NCBI GenBank assembly: GCA_965140415.1
Contig: OZ223209.1
Location: forward strand, 2,912,001 to 2,976,000
DNA: 64,000 nt
Source of the DNA: Myxococcota bacterium
Lineage (GTDB): Bacteria; Myxococcota_A; SURF-8
Direction of reading: 5' to 3'
Part shown: positions 48,608 to 59,018 of the stretch, piece by piece
How positions within the stretch are numbered: the stretch's first letter is position 1
How the letters are laid out: every line of letters begins with the position of its first letter
Program-made: the position numbers and the translations under genes
Notes under the pieces: generated by a model
What the model was told of the DNA's origin: nothing
What the model saw: only the letters and a program-made list of their open reading frames with translations
The model's database searches: none

Positions 48608-51600
48608 ATGAAACCGAACCCTGTGAAAAAGAGTCTTCAGTCGTTAATATACGTACTGATCCTGGTCTCACTATTTGTGCTGATTGCCTGCTCATCAGAC
48701 AGTCCAGGTGCGAGCGATGGGGATTCTACGGATGGAGACTCGGACAGCGACGCTCCTGTGGGATGCTCGGATGACTCCGATTGTCGTAAAAGCGAGGTGT
48801 GCTTGTCTGGAGCTTGTGTGTCCTGGCAGGATAACTCCTGTTTGGATCGTAACGGCGAGTGTGTTTCCGACTCGGATTGTTCGGGGGATAATATCTGTAA
48901 TGACGACTGCGTATGTGTCAATCCATTTATTGCGGATGAGGACAAGGAAAATCCAAGTACTGATGGCGACACGGATGACCCTGTTACCGATGGAGATGTT
49001 GAAAATTCAACGGATGATCCCAATATTTCCGTCCCTGCTGAAATCGATTTTGGCGCAGTCATCATTTTCCATGAAATTACAGAAGGTTTGCGTATTACAA
49101 ATACCGGAGGTTCCGCTTTAATTATTACGGCAATTGAACTTGAAAATACAAATGACGAGGAATTCTCGCTGGTTACTCCTCCGACATCCAGTGTGACCTT
49201 GCAGCCGGGAGATATTTTAGATCAATTCATTACCTATTCTCCGATCGATGCCGGTGTCGATGAAACCAATGTGTTGATTACCAGTAACGATCCTGATAGT
49301 CCGCTTTCTCGCGTTCGCCTGATCAGTCAATACAAAGGCGAGGCGACGGTTCATATCGATCCTGAAAGCGTGGAGTTTGGAAACGTGCAGGTGATGGGAG
49401 TGGAAGAAACCATTGCCGTAACCATTGAAAATGTTCCCCAGAACGTAGACGACAACATGCTGCTGCATCTTTGGGATCTTCAATTGCAAAACCCAAACGA
49501 TCCGAATATTTCCATTCCCGTCGAAGTGCAGAACCAGGAATATTGGCTGGCTCCCAATCAGCAATTGACGGTGCTTGTTTCTTTCCATCCAAGGCTGGCG
49601 GGTAGTTTTTCCAATACGCTTCTCATTCCCAATAGCGATCAGGAAGCTCAGGTCGAGATACACGGCACTGGTGCGATTGCCGATTTGAATGCGTATCCTC
49701 TTGATAACGGGGGCATCGATTTCGGGCAGGTGCGCGTCTCTCACAGCGAAGACCACGTGCTGACACTGCAAAACAATGGCGGTTCACCGCTTACGATTAC
49801 CCAGGTTTATCTGGCGGATACCACCGACAGTACTTTCCTGCTCGACGACAACGGCATCAATCTTTCCGGCGCAGTCTTGGAGCCGGAGGGAAGTACGACG
49901 ATCACTTTGACCTATTCGCCGGTGGCGAGAGAGGTGAATGTCGGACGGCTGAAAATCGAAAGCGACAGCTACGACAATCCGGTGCTTACCATTCCACTAG
50001 AAGGCGAGGGGATTGTTTCGCTACTTGTAGCCGACCCGGAAGAACTCGAATTCGGGAATGTGCTGCTTTATGAGGAATCAAGCTTAAATGTAACTTTGAC
50101 CAACGATGGGGATGCCGCCATCCAGATTCAGGCTGCCGCCTTTGAAACCGGCAATCCTGATTTTACATTTGGCGCAGGTGGCGAAGCGCTGGTAGGAACC
50201 AGTTTGGGACCGGGAGATTATTTTGTACTTCCGATAGTGTATTCGCCGCAAGTGGAAGAACTGGATGAAAGCTATTTGACGATTACCACAGACGACCCGG
50301 ATTCACCTGAATTCACTCTCAATTTGTCCGGTCGTGGCGTTGCGCCGCATTTATTGATTACGATGCCCGGTTATCCTTCGTTCCGCGACACCATCGATTT
50401 CGAACAGGTCAACTTGGACGATCAGCGACAAATGGTGCTGCGACTGACAAACGTTGGCGATTGGCCCTTGGCGATCAATGATGCGTCACTGATCGACAAT
50501 ACCGATGACGATGAATTCAGTTTTGAACTGGAGAGCTATGCCGATATCGAACCCAGTTCTCACATCGACGTCACGTTCACTTATGCTCCTACAGGGTTTC
50601 CCGACACGAATGATAATGGTCAGTGGCGTGTGCAAACCAATGAATTCGTTGACAATTCACACATTGTGAATTTGCAGGGTGAAGCTATTCAGCCGCGCAT
50701 TACCGTGTTTCCGTCGCCACTCCAATTCGACGATACGCTGACAAACTCTACGGTCACGGAACGAGTGACGATTCTGAATACGGGTCTATTGGGCGTGCTG
50801 AATGTTTCCGGCATTCAAATTCAACCCGGCTCCGATCCGGTGTTTGGAATTGCAAATGTCGATGAGGTTCTGCCTGTGGATATCATTGAAGGAGGAAGTT
50901 TGTCTTTCGATGTCAGCTTCCGGCCTTTCGATTTGCACGACTATACCGGTGCCGTTGTCATTGAAAGCCAGGAAACCCATGAGGTGATTTACACCTTGCA
51001 GGTACTGGGCAGCGGAATCGGTTGTCCTGCGGACTATTGGGATAACGACAACAACCCGGAAAACGGCTGCGAGTATCACTGTGTGCTTTCCGAAGATGGT
51101 ATCGAGATTTGTGATGACAAGGACAACGATTGTAACGGTGAAACCGATGACGGGTACACGGTCACGCAAAATTGTGACCCGCACAGCTTTGCCTCCGTTC
51201 GCTGCCTGGGTGGTGAATGTCTCTATACCTGCTTCGAAGATTTCCATGAATGCAATGAGGAGTGCGTTTATTCCGGCTCCATCGATCATTGTGGCACATT
51301 GTGTACGTCCTGTCCCCAACCCGAAAATTCGTCGGCTCGCTGTATTGAAGGCGGATTAGGTTTCGAATGCGATTTCGTCTGTGCCACCGGCTATGGCGAG
51401 GCAAACGGGCAGTGTTTGCCGTCTGGCGATATCAATAGTTGCGGCGACGAACACGTGGATTGCAATACGGTTACTCCTTCGCATGGCATTCCGTTGTGTG
51501 TGGATGGAGAATGCACGTTCACCTGCGAAAGCGGCTGGCATCGCTGCGAGGATGAGTGTGTGGCAAATAACTCCGTGGAGCACTGTGGTACCTTATGCGA

Positions 51601-54600
51601 TCCCTGTCCCGGTCCACCCAGCGGTAACGGCGATGCGACCTGTGATGGCGTTTCCTGTGGATTCACCTGCGATAGCTGGTATCACGAGACGGATAGCGAC
51701 TGTGTGTTGAATAACACGGATGACTGCTGCGGCCTGGATTGCGAAAGCTGCCAACAGAGTGTTCCTAACGGCAGTGTGGCTTGCGACGCGAATACGATGA
51801 CCTGTCAAACGACCTGTAACAACGGATTCCATCCCTGCCCGGTGGGTAGCGTGATGGTGTGCTCGAACGATTATTCGACAGAAACTTGCGGGCAACGTTG
51901 CATTCCATGCGAAATCCCGGAGCATTCCGACCCCACCTGTGACGGCAGCCTTTGTGGGTTCGTTTGCGATTCGGGATATCATCGCGAGAACAATGCTTGT
52001 GAGCCGAATACAAGCGTTACCTGCTGCGGTCCCGATTGCCTGATCTGCACCGCTCCTGACAATGCTCAGCCCTATTGCAACGGCTATGCCTGTGAATTCA
52101 CCTGTGATCCTGGATATCATGTGGAGGGTGAAGCGTGCGTCGTCAACGGTCAGACGGATTGCTGCGGTCCGCAATGTGTGAATTGTGGCAACCCGCCGGC
52201 CAACGGCAGCGTGTGGTGCGATGGTTATGTCTGTCAAACGGCTTGTAATGCGGGATATCACGAATGCGACGGATCTTGTGTATCGAACCAGTCCGTCGAA
52301 CACTGCGGTAGCAGTTGTACCGCGTGCAACAATCCTCCAAACAGTGTCGCCAGTTGCGACGGATTCAGTTGCGATTTCGAATGTTTGACCGGATATCATC
52401 GACTAGGGAATTATTGCGTTGCCAATGATTCGGTAGAAAACTGCGGGCCCAATAACGAAGTCTGCACGGCACCGGAAAATGCCGATCCGATTTGTGTGGA
52501 TGCTTCCTATTGCAGTTTCCAATGTCATCCCGGACATCATGCTTGTGGAGATGTCTGCGTTACGAATGACAGCGTGGAGCACTGTGGAACTCGCTGCGAA
52601 TCTTGTCCGACACCGGCCAATTCGATGCCGACCTGCATCAATGGAAACTGCGATTTCGAGTGTTTTGCAGGCTACCACGAGCAGGATGGAAGTTGCTGGC
52701 CCAATGACGATCTCGATTGCTGCGGAGACGACTGTATTTCCTGCCCGACACAGATTACAAATGGAATTGCAACTTGTGTGGATGGCGAATGTGGCTTTAC
52801 CTGCAATAACGGTTATCATGCCTGTTTCGGGATGTGCGTATCCAACCTGGATGTCGATACCTGCGGCGCAAGCTGTTCTGCCTGTCAGCCGCCGGAACAT
52901 GGCATTGCCGGTTGTAACGGCGTTTCTTGTACATTCGAATGTGATTCGGGCTATCGTCGGGAAGGCGACAGTTGCCTGCCTTGCCAATCTGCGGAAGCTT
53001 GCGGCGCATATTGCGTGAATTGCGGAATCGGCCCGGCCAATGGAGAAATGGCCTGTGAATTCAATCAGTTCAACTACTGGGAATGCACCATCGACTGCGA
53101 TCCCGCTCATCACCGTTGCGGAAATGCTTGTGTAAGCGACTATGACCCGGATACCTGCGGCAGCCGTTGCGATCCCTGCCCGGAACCGCAACATTCCGAG
53201 ACCACCTGTGATGGCGGAGTATGCGGTTTCGAATGCCATATCGGTTATCACGCGCAGAACGAAAGCTGTTTGCCGAACAACACGATTTCCTGTTGTGGTG
53301 AAGCTTGTGACGACTGCACGATAGGATTGCCCGGCTTCGCCTATGCGGTTTGTGTGGGAGGCTCCTATTGTGACTGGGAGTGCCAAAGCGGTTACAACCG
53401 TTGCGGCGATCCGCCGGCTTGTACTGCCAATGACGATGTGGCGTACTGTGGAGCCGCTTGTCAAAGCTGTCCTTCTCCCTCAAATGGAGTGGCGACCTGT
53501 ATCGACAGTCAATGTGGCCAGGTTTGCAACACCGGCTATCATTGGGACGCGGTACAGCAAATCTGTCAGATCAATGAAACATCGGATTGTTGCGGGGTTG
53601 ATTGCATCGTTTGCAGTTTGCCATTGAATGCAACAAACGCAGCTTGTGATAATGGCACCTGCACATTTACCTGCAACAACGGATATCATCAAGTTGGCGA
53701 TCACTGCGAACTGAACGATGAAGACGACGTGTGTGGCATGAGTGGTCAGGATTGCACCAGTTATCTGCCTCCATTCGACGAATACGAGCATGCCAACGGT
53801 TATTGCCATACGGAAAACGACAGTTCCTATTGCGACTACAGTTGCGACAGCGGCTATCATCGTTGCCCGGATGGACTGGATGATGGTTGTTTTGCGGATG
53901 ATAGCCTGACTCACTGCGGGTTGGGATGTGCCGTCTGCCCGGATGATCCCGACTTCGGTTCGGTTGCATGCCTAAATGGTGCCTGTGTCATTACCTGTGA
54001 AGAGGATTACCATGTAGAGGGCAGCTCCTGCGTGGAAGATCCTCCCGATCCGAGTTGTTGCGGTGAGGACTGTACCGAGCCGATTTGCGACGTTCCGACC
54101 GGTTTCATGGGTTGGAGTTATTGTGAAGGTGCGGGTGCGGCAGGGCAGTGCGCCTATGTCTGTCACCAGGGATATCATCTGTGCGCGGATGAATCCGCCT
54201 TTGGGCTGGCATGCTTGTCGGATGGCAGCGTAGACAGTTGTGGCGACCTATGTACACCATGTACCGAAGCGCCGCCGAACGGCTATCCGATTTGTGTAGA
54301 TAGCGACTCCTGCGGCTTTGCCTGCGACACCGGTTATCACAAGTACGGTGATTATTGCGAACCCAATACAAGCACCACCTGCTGTGGCGATGCCTGCGAA
54401 GTGTGTACTTCGCCATGGTATGGGACGGCCAGTTGTGTTAACGGGAGCTGTCAGTGGGAATGCGACGATGGCTATCATGCCTGTCCGCCGGGAGAGTGCA
54501 AGAACGATTATTCTATCAACCATTGCGGCGATAGTTGTGAAGTGTGTCCGACACCGGCAAATGGCTATTCCACCTGCGATGGTACCACCTGCGGAGTGGC

Positions 54601-56374
54601 CTGCTTCCCCGGATATCACATCTACAACGACCAGTGTGTTCCCAATACATCGAACGATTGTTGTGGCGCTTCCTGCGTTACCTGTACCGGCCCGGAAAAC
54701 AGCAGCGCGTTCTGCACGGCGCAGGGAACCTGCGATTACACCTGCGATAATGGCTACCATGAATGCGGTGCGTCTTGTTTGCCCAACGATGATCCGAATT
54801 CCTGCGGTCAGAATTGTACTCCCTGTCCACAACCGCCCCAAACGGAACCACTTTGTGTGAATAGTCTGTGCGATTGGGAATGCATCGACAGTTGGAGTGA
54901 CCGAGACGGTATCGAGTCTAACGGTTGCGAAGTGTATTGCTCCCCACAGGCGGGAGAAGATCTTCCGGACGACGATTTCTTGGATACCGATTGTGACGGT
55001 ATCGATGGTCAGCGCGACCGCGCCATCTTCGTTGCGATAGACGGAAACGACGGCAACGATGGTAGCTTGGAAAATCCGAAAAGAAACATCCAATCCGGAA
55101 TTAACGCGGCATATTTAGCCAGTCCTAAAAAGTACGTAATCGTAAGTGACGGTTATTACTATGAAACCATTCAGTTTAAGAATGGTGTGAGTGTCTACGG
55201 CGGTTACAGTCGATCCAACCACTGGATGCGCAGCGATGATTACGAATCCATGCTGATTTCTCCCATGCCGGTTGGTGCTTATGCAGAGGACATCACGTCG
55301 AGCACGATCATTGATCGAATGATCATTCAAGCCGGTGAAAGTGACGAAAACTCCTATTTCGGTAGCAGCATCGGTGTGTATTTATTGAACAGCACGGATG
55401 AACTCACGTTTAGCAACTGTTCCATTTACGCATCGGAAGGACATGATGGAGAAACCGGTATCGGTGGCATCGTCGGCGCGGATGGCTTGAACGGCACCAA
55501 TGCCAGCGGTCCCAATCCGGGTTCGGGAGGTCATGGTTATTGCGGCGATGACAGCAAAGGTGGAAGTGGCGGTGCTGGCGGCATCGGGCATCAATCCGGT
55601 GGAACCGGCGAAAATGCCTGTCTGAGTGGTGGTGCGAGCGGAGGCAATCGCGGTTCTGCGGATTGCTTCCTGTGGTTCTGCGATTGCTGTGAGAACGTAG
55701 GTTCTGGCCAGACCGGTGGAGCTGGTGACAGCAGCGGCAACGGTTCGGATGGAACAAACGCGGATTCTTCTTCGGTTGGAGAGATCGAATGGGATACCGC
55801 TAGCGGATTGATGTTGTGGCGTGGCGACGATGGTGGTGCAGGATCGGCCGGTGTGGATGGCGTGCCCGGCTGTGGCGGCGGCGGCGGCGGCGGATGCCAG
55901 TCCTCCGATTTCCTTGGCTTCGATACCTGTGATACGGAAAACGGCGGAGGCGGTGGCGGCGGCGGCGGCGCCGGTTGCGGAGGCAGCGCAGGAAGTGGCG
56001 GAAAAGCCGGTGGCGCATCGATTGGTATTTTCTCGTACAATTCCAACTCCGTTTTCGATCAATGTCTGGTGAGGGCTTTTGATGGTGGAAACGGTGGTGA
56101 TGGCGGACGTGGCGCAGCCGGTGGAACGGGTGGTCGCGGCGGCAGCGGTGGCACGGGCAGCGGATCGGCTGGCGATGGCGGCAGCGGTGGTCGCGGCGGC
56201 AGCGGTGGATACGGAGGAACCGGTGGCGGTGGAGCCGGCGGCGTGTCGTATTCGCTGATGGCTACGGGCAGCGGTCAACCCTATGTGGCCACCTGTATTT
56301 TGAATTATGGTTATGGCGGAGTCTATGGAAACAGCAACGGCTTGATCCAGGCGGATTCCGGCATGGTCTGGTAG
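48608..56374 (+). CDS. Giant surface lipoprotein paralog: six ASH/choice-of-anchor-D domains, ~25 Cys-rich repeats, DUF1565/beta-helix-like and Gly-rich tip
   Basis: Lipobox LIAC; same domain order as the upstream gene; EICDDKDNDCNG, DTDCDGIDG and IFVA...NIQSGI; Gly-rich tail. Confidence 0.82.
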   Translation: MKPNPVKKSLQSLIYVLILVSLFVLIACSSDSPGASDGDSTDGDSDSDAPVGCSDDSDCRKSEVCLSGACVSWQDNSCLDRNGECVSDSDCSGDNICNDDCVCVNPFIADEDKENPSTDGDTDDPVTDGDVENSTDDPNISVPAEIDFGAVIIFHEITEGLRITNTGGSALIITAIELENTNDEEFSLVTPPTSSVTLQPGDILDQFITYSPIDAGVDETNVLITSNDPDSPLSRVRLISQYKGEATVHIDPESVEFGNVQVMGVEETIAVTIENVPQNVDDNMLLHLWDLQLQNPNDPNISIPVEVQNQEYWLAPNQQLTVLVSFHPRLAGSFSNTLLIPNSDQEAQVEIHGTGAIADLNAYPLDNGGIDFGQVRVSHSEDHVLTLQNNGGSPLTITQVYLADTTDSTFLLDDNGINLSGAVLEPEGSTTITLTYSPVAREVNVGRLKIESDSYDNPVLTIPLEGEGIVSLLVADPEELEFGNVLLYEESSLNVTLTNDGDAAIQIQAAAFETGNPDFTFGAGGEALVGTSLGPGDYFVLPIVYSPQVEELDESYLTITTDDPDSPEFTLNLSGRGVAPHLLITMPGYPSFRDTIDFEQVNLDDQRQMVLRLTNVGDWPLAINDASLIDNTDDDEFSFELESYADIEPSSHIDVTFTYAPTGFPDTNDNGQWRVQTNEFVDNSHIVNLQGEAIQPRITVFPSPLQFDDTLTNSTVTERVTILNTGLLGVLNVSGIQIQPGSDPVFGIANVDEVLPVDIIEGGSLSFDVSFRPFDLHDYTGAVVIESQETHEVIYTLQVLGSGIGCPADYWDNDNNPENGCEYHCVLSEDGIEICDDKDNDCNGETDDGYTVTQNCDPHSFASVRCLGGECLYTCFEDFHECNEECVYSGSIDHCGTLCTSCPQPENSSARCIEGGLGFECDFVCATGYGEANGQCLPSGDINSCGDEHVDCNTVTPSHGIPLCVDGECTFTCESGWHRCEDECVANNSVEHCGTLCDPCPGPPSGNGDATCDGVSCGFTCDSWYHETDSDCVLNNTDDCCGLDCESCQQSVPNGSVACDANTMTCQTTCNNGFHPCPVGSVMVCSNDYSTETCGQRCIPCEIPEHSDPTCDGSLCGFVCDSGYHRENNACEPNTSVTCCGPDCLICTAPDNAQPYCNGYACEFTCDPGYHVEGEACVVNGQTDCCGPQCVNCGNPPANGSVWCDGYVCQTACNAGYHECDGSCVSNQSVEHCGSSCTACNNPPNSVASCDGFSCDFECLTGYHRLGNYCVANDSVENCGPNNEVCTAPENADPICVDASYCSFQCHPGHHACGDVCVTNDSVEHCGTRCESCPTPANSMPTCINGNCDFECFAGYHEQDGSCWPNDDLDCCGDDCISCPTQITNGIATCVDGECGFTCNNGYHACFGMCVSNLDVDTCGASCSACQPPEHGIAGCNGVSCTFECDSGYRREGDSCLPCQSAEACGAYCVNCGIGPANGEMACEFNQFNYWECTIDCDPAHHRCGNACVSDYDPDTCGSRCDPCPEPQHSETTCDGGVCGFECHIGYHAQNESCLPNNTISCCGEACDDCTIGLPGFAYAVCVGGSYCDWECQSGYNRCGDPPACTANDDVAYCGAACQSCPSPSNGVATCIDSQCGQVCNTGYHWDAVQQICQINETSDCCGVDCIVCSLPLNATNAACDNGTCTFTCNNGYHQVGDHCELNDEDDVCGMSGQDCTSYLPPFDEYEHANGYCHTENDSSYCDYSCDSGYHRCPDGLDDGCFADDSLTHCGLGCAVCPDDPDFGSVACLNGACVITCEEDYHVEGSSCVEDPPDPSCCGEDCTEPICDVPTGFMGWSYCEGAGAAGQCAYVCHQGYHLCADESAFGLACLSDGSVDSCGDLCTPCTEAPPNGYPICVDSDSCGFACDTGYHKYGDYCEPNTSTTCCGDACEVCTSPWYGTASCVNGSCQWECDDGYHACPPGECKNDYSINHCGDSCEVCPTPANGYSTCDGTTCGVACFPGYHIYNDQCVPNTSNDCCGASCVTCTGPENSSAFCTAQGTCDYTCDNGYHECGASCLPNDDPNSCGQNCTPCPQPPQTEPLCVNSLCDWECIDSWSDRDGIESNGCEVYCSPQAGEDLPDDDFLDTDCDGIDGQRDRAIFVAIDGNDGNDGSLENPKRNIQSGINAAYLASPKKYVIVSDGYYYETIQFKNGVSVYGGYSRSNHWMRSDDYESMLISPMPVGAYAEDITSSTIIDRMIIQAGESDENSYFGSSIGVYLLNSTDELTFSNCSIYASEGHDGETGIGGIVGADGLNGTNASGPNPGSGGHGYCGDDSKGGSGGAGGIGHQSGGTGENACLSGGASGGNRGSADCFLWFCDCCENVGSGQTGGAGDSSGNGSDGTNADSSSVGEIEWDTASGLMLWRGDDGGAGSAGVDGVPGCGGGGGGGCQSSDFLGFDTCDTENGGGGGGGGGAGCGGSAGSGGKAGGASIGIFSYNSNSVFDQCLVRAFDGGNGGDGGRGAAGGTGGRGGSGGTGSGSAGDGGSGGRGGSGGYGGTGGGGAGGVSYSLMATGSGQPYVATCILNYGYGGVYGNSNGLIQADSGMVW

Positions 56375-56389
56375 AAGAAAAGCAGACTG

Positions 56390-56809
56390 ATGCAAAAAGA
56401 TAAGGCAATCTTGTTTTTGTGTACGGGCAATTCCTGTCGGAGCCAGATGGCGGAGGGGTTAGCGAGAGCAATGGCTCCGGCAGGAACGCAAATCTATTCC
56501 GCCGGAGTCGCACCGGAAAGCGTCAATCCCTATGCCATTGAAGTCATGCAGGAAATCGGTATTGATATTTCAGAACACGTTTCCAAATCGCCGGATGATG
56601 TCCCCCTGCATGAAGTCGATTGTTTGATCAGCCTATGCGATCACGCAAAGCAGTCTTGCCCGAGCCTGCCGGGCAAGTGGAAACACATCCACTGGAGCGT
56701 AGAAGATCCGGCTCTGGTAAAGGGCGATCCCGACTGGGTGCGAGATTTCTATCGAAAAACGAGGGATGAACTAAAACAGCGGATTGAGGACTATTTTTCG
56801 GAAAACTGA
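56390..56809 (+). CDS. arsC: Arsenate reductase ArsC (LMW-PTP fold, thioredoxin-dependent type)
   Basis: LFLCTGNSCRSQMAEG, second Cys pair LCDHAKQSCP, and HWSVEDP. Confidence 0.88.
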   Translation: MQKDKAILFLCTGNSCRSQMAEGLARAMAPAGTQIYSAGVAPESVNPYAIEVMQEIGIDISEHVSKSPDDVPLHEVDCLISLCDHAKQSCPSLPGKWKHIHWSVEDPALVKGDPDWVRDFYRKTRDELKQRIEDYFSEN

Positions 56810-56851
56810 TCGGCTGCTTTAAAAAGCAGAAAATCACCTAAAGCATTGTTT

Positions 56852-57328
56852 TTATAACTTGTTCGAGCTGAAACGCCAGAAGAAGCGGCGGTCATTGGCG
56901 AATACATTGATATTTGCATATCCGGTGTTTACTCCTAATAACCCTTTTTCCCCGTTGACATGCAGCTTGTAAACCCCTTCGATTGTTGGAGTGAAAGTAA
57001 AGTAGCGCGCACCATGATGCTTGAAGGCCTCATCCTTTTTGAAAACGACCTGGCCGTTAGGATCAAGCAATTCGATTTCCAATTCTACAGGATGCTTCTT
57101 GGAACCGGACCGGATTTCAACCAGTAATTTTCCGGGAAGCTCGTTCATTTCAATCGACATCGGTTCCGTATTTCCAGAGAAGGAAATCGAACCGTTGGCA
57201 ACGAGATCTCCTTTTAAAAGGAAGAATTCTGCGGCGAAAATCGCGATGGCGATTGCACCAAGTATAACGCCACCGACTGTTAGCGTGTTTTGATTTTGCC
57301 GAGAACCGATATTGATTTCAAATCCCAT
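56852..57328 (-). CDS. Hypothetical membrane-anchored protein
   Basis: GGAGG RBS, one N-terminal transmembrane segment and a beta-rich soluble domain. Confidence 0.6.
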   Translation of the reverse strand: MGFEINIGSRQNQNTLTVGGVILGAIAIAIFAAEFFLLKGDLVANGSISFSGNTEPMSIEMNELPGKLLVEIRSGSKKHPVELEIELLDPNGQVVFKKDEAFKHHGARYFTFTPTIEGVYKLHVNGEKGLLGVNTGYANINVFANDRRFFWRFSSNKL

Positions 57329-57488
57329 GCGTTCCTCCCGATATCCGTTTTTTTTACGTTACTTAATGTACCGTAAATGATGAATATTAACAAGCACCAC
57401 GGTTGCTTTGCAATTCCCTTGCACTTTTTCATGGTCTGGCTAGGATTAGAGATCGTTTTTGTAATGTGGCGCAAGAAAGGCCGGAGAC

Positions 57489-58358
57489 GTGAGCGACGAA
57501 GCGCATAGCGATACCTCAACCAGCACAGGTGGAGAGACGAACGCCGTACCGAATTCCCCATCCACAACGGGATTGGTGCGCGTTCGACAATTGTTGACGC
57601 GCACTGCGTTGTTGATTTTCGTGGTGTTTATGCTGCTCTGGGCTGTTCGTGACGATCTGCTTGCCCTGGTTCGCTGGCCATTAATGCGTGTGATGCCGGA
57701 TGATGGCTCGGGCACCATTCTGCTGCGTGTTATCGATATGTTCATGATTCACCTGAAACTCTGTTTTTTTGCGTCCTTGCTCGTCGTAATTCCGATAATT
57801 ACCGTACGAGTATGGTTATTAATCCGGCCTCGATTCAAAACCGGTGCTCCAGGGCTAATCGATATGGCGCCAGTGGCGCTTGTGCTTCTATTCTTTACGG
57901 GAGTTGCTTTTACCTATCTGGTTGTTCTGCCTCTGGGTTTTCAATTCTTGGTTGCGTATAGTGTCGATGGCGGTGGGATATTGTTCCCCACTCAATCGCA
58001 GGGCATGGATGTGTTGCAGGTGTCGATGCGGGAGCATGTGACCTTGACCATGAAATTGCTGATCGCGTTCGGACTGGCTTTCGAAGCGCCTTTGGTGATG
58101 GCGCTATCGGCGCGCTTGGGAGTCATTCGCCCGGAAGTGTTCGCAAAAAATCGTGCGATTGCTCTGGTGGTACTGGCAATTGCCTCATCCATTTTGACTC
58201 CGCCAGATCCATGGACCATGATGCTGTTATTGGGACCATTGTTTTTGTTGTATGAATTCGGGATTATGATTGCCCGTATGGTTGCCCCGAAACCACAACA
58301 CGACTCAGAAGAGGCAGAGAAGGAAGAAAAGCCGGAAAGTCACCAGGGCAGCGAATAA
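57489..58358 (+). CDS. tatC: Twin-arginine translocase subunit TatC
   Basis: About six transmembrane segments; FTYLVVLP, AFGLAFEAP, RAIA...ASSILTPPDPWT and PLFLLYE. Confidence 0.88.
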   Translation: MSDEAHSDTSTSTGGETNAVPNSPSTTGLVRVRQLLTRTALLIFVVFMLLWAVRDDLLALVRWPLMRVMPDDGSGTILLRVIDMFMIHLKLCFFASLLVVIPIITVRVWLLIRPRFKTGAPGLIDMAPVALVLLFFTGVAFTYLVVLPLGFQFLVAYSVDGGGILFPTQSQGMDVLQVSMREHVTLTMKLLIAFGLAFEAPLVMALSARLGVIRPEVFAKNRAIALVVLAIASSILTPPDPWTMMLLLGPLFLLYEFGIMIARMVAPKPQHDSEEAEKEEKPESHQGSE

Positions 58359-58391
58359 GTTGTCTATGCAAAGTATAGGAAAATCAAGTAG

Positions 58392-59006
58392 ATGATACTG
58401 GCGTTTATCCATCAAAAAGGGGGAACCGGAAAAAGCACGCTGGCCATTGCCAGCGCCATGTGGTTGGCCAGGCGTGGACGCACCGTCATCGTGTTGGATA
58501 TCGACAGGCAGTTGACTTCGGATACCTGGGGTAGAAAACATGGTAAGAAGCATGGAGTAAGCGTGCGTGCCCAGGTGGAAAGGCAGGTTTCCGAAGCGAT
58601 CGAAGAATTGACGGATTTGTACGATGATATTCTGTTGGATCTGCCCCCGACCGTGACGCCCCATACCGAGCAGGCCATTGAAGCCGCAGATTTGCTCGTT
58701 ATTCCAATGAGACCGACCCAACCGGATTTATGGGCGCTGGATCGATTGATTGCCTTGGTGATGCTTTCGAATCGGCAACCGCCGCCGCCATATCGGGTGG
58801 TCTTTTCTCAATGTGGACCGGAAGACCAGACTGAAGCTTGCAAAACGCTTGCTTTACGCCGTATCGAGCCATTGGAAGATACCATTCCATACAGTCGGGA
58901 GTGGCAGTCGATTTTCAGCGGTGAAGGTTTGACCGAGGACATGGACAAGATTATCGGGTCCATCTTGAATGCCTTGCCATTGCCGGACAAATTACAAGAA
59001 AACTGA
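58392..59006 (+). CDS. Short ParA/MinD-family ATPase
   Basis: Deviant Walker A QKGGTGKST, LDIDRQ, DLPP and ADLLVIP. Confidence 0.85.
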   Translation: MILAFIHQKGGTGKSTLAIASAMWLARRGRTVIVLDIDRQLTSDTWGRKHGKKHGVSVRAQVERQVSEAIEELTDLYDDILLDLPPTVTPHTEQAIEAADLLVIPMRPTQPDLWALDRLIALVMLSNRQPPPPYRVVFSQCGPEDQTEACKTLALRRIEPLEDTIPYSREWQSIFSGEGLTEDMDKIIGSILNALPLPDKLQEN

Positions 59007-59018
59007 GCAAATTGTTTC

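Noticed and set aside
43322-56374. Diversity-generating retroelement or shufflon acting on the giant genes
   Set aside because: No reverse transcriptase, recombinase or near-identical template/variable repeat pair is visible, and the paralogs are diverged throughout.
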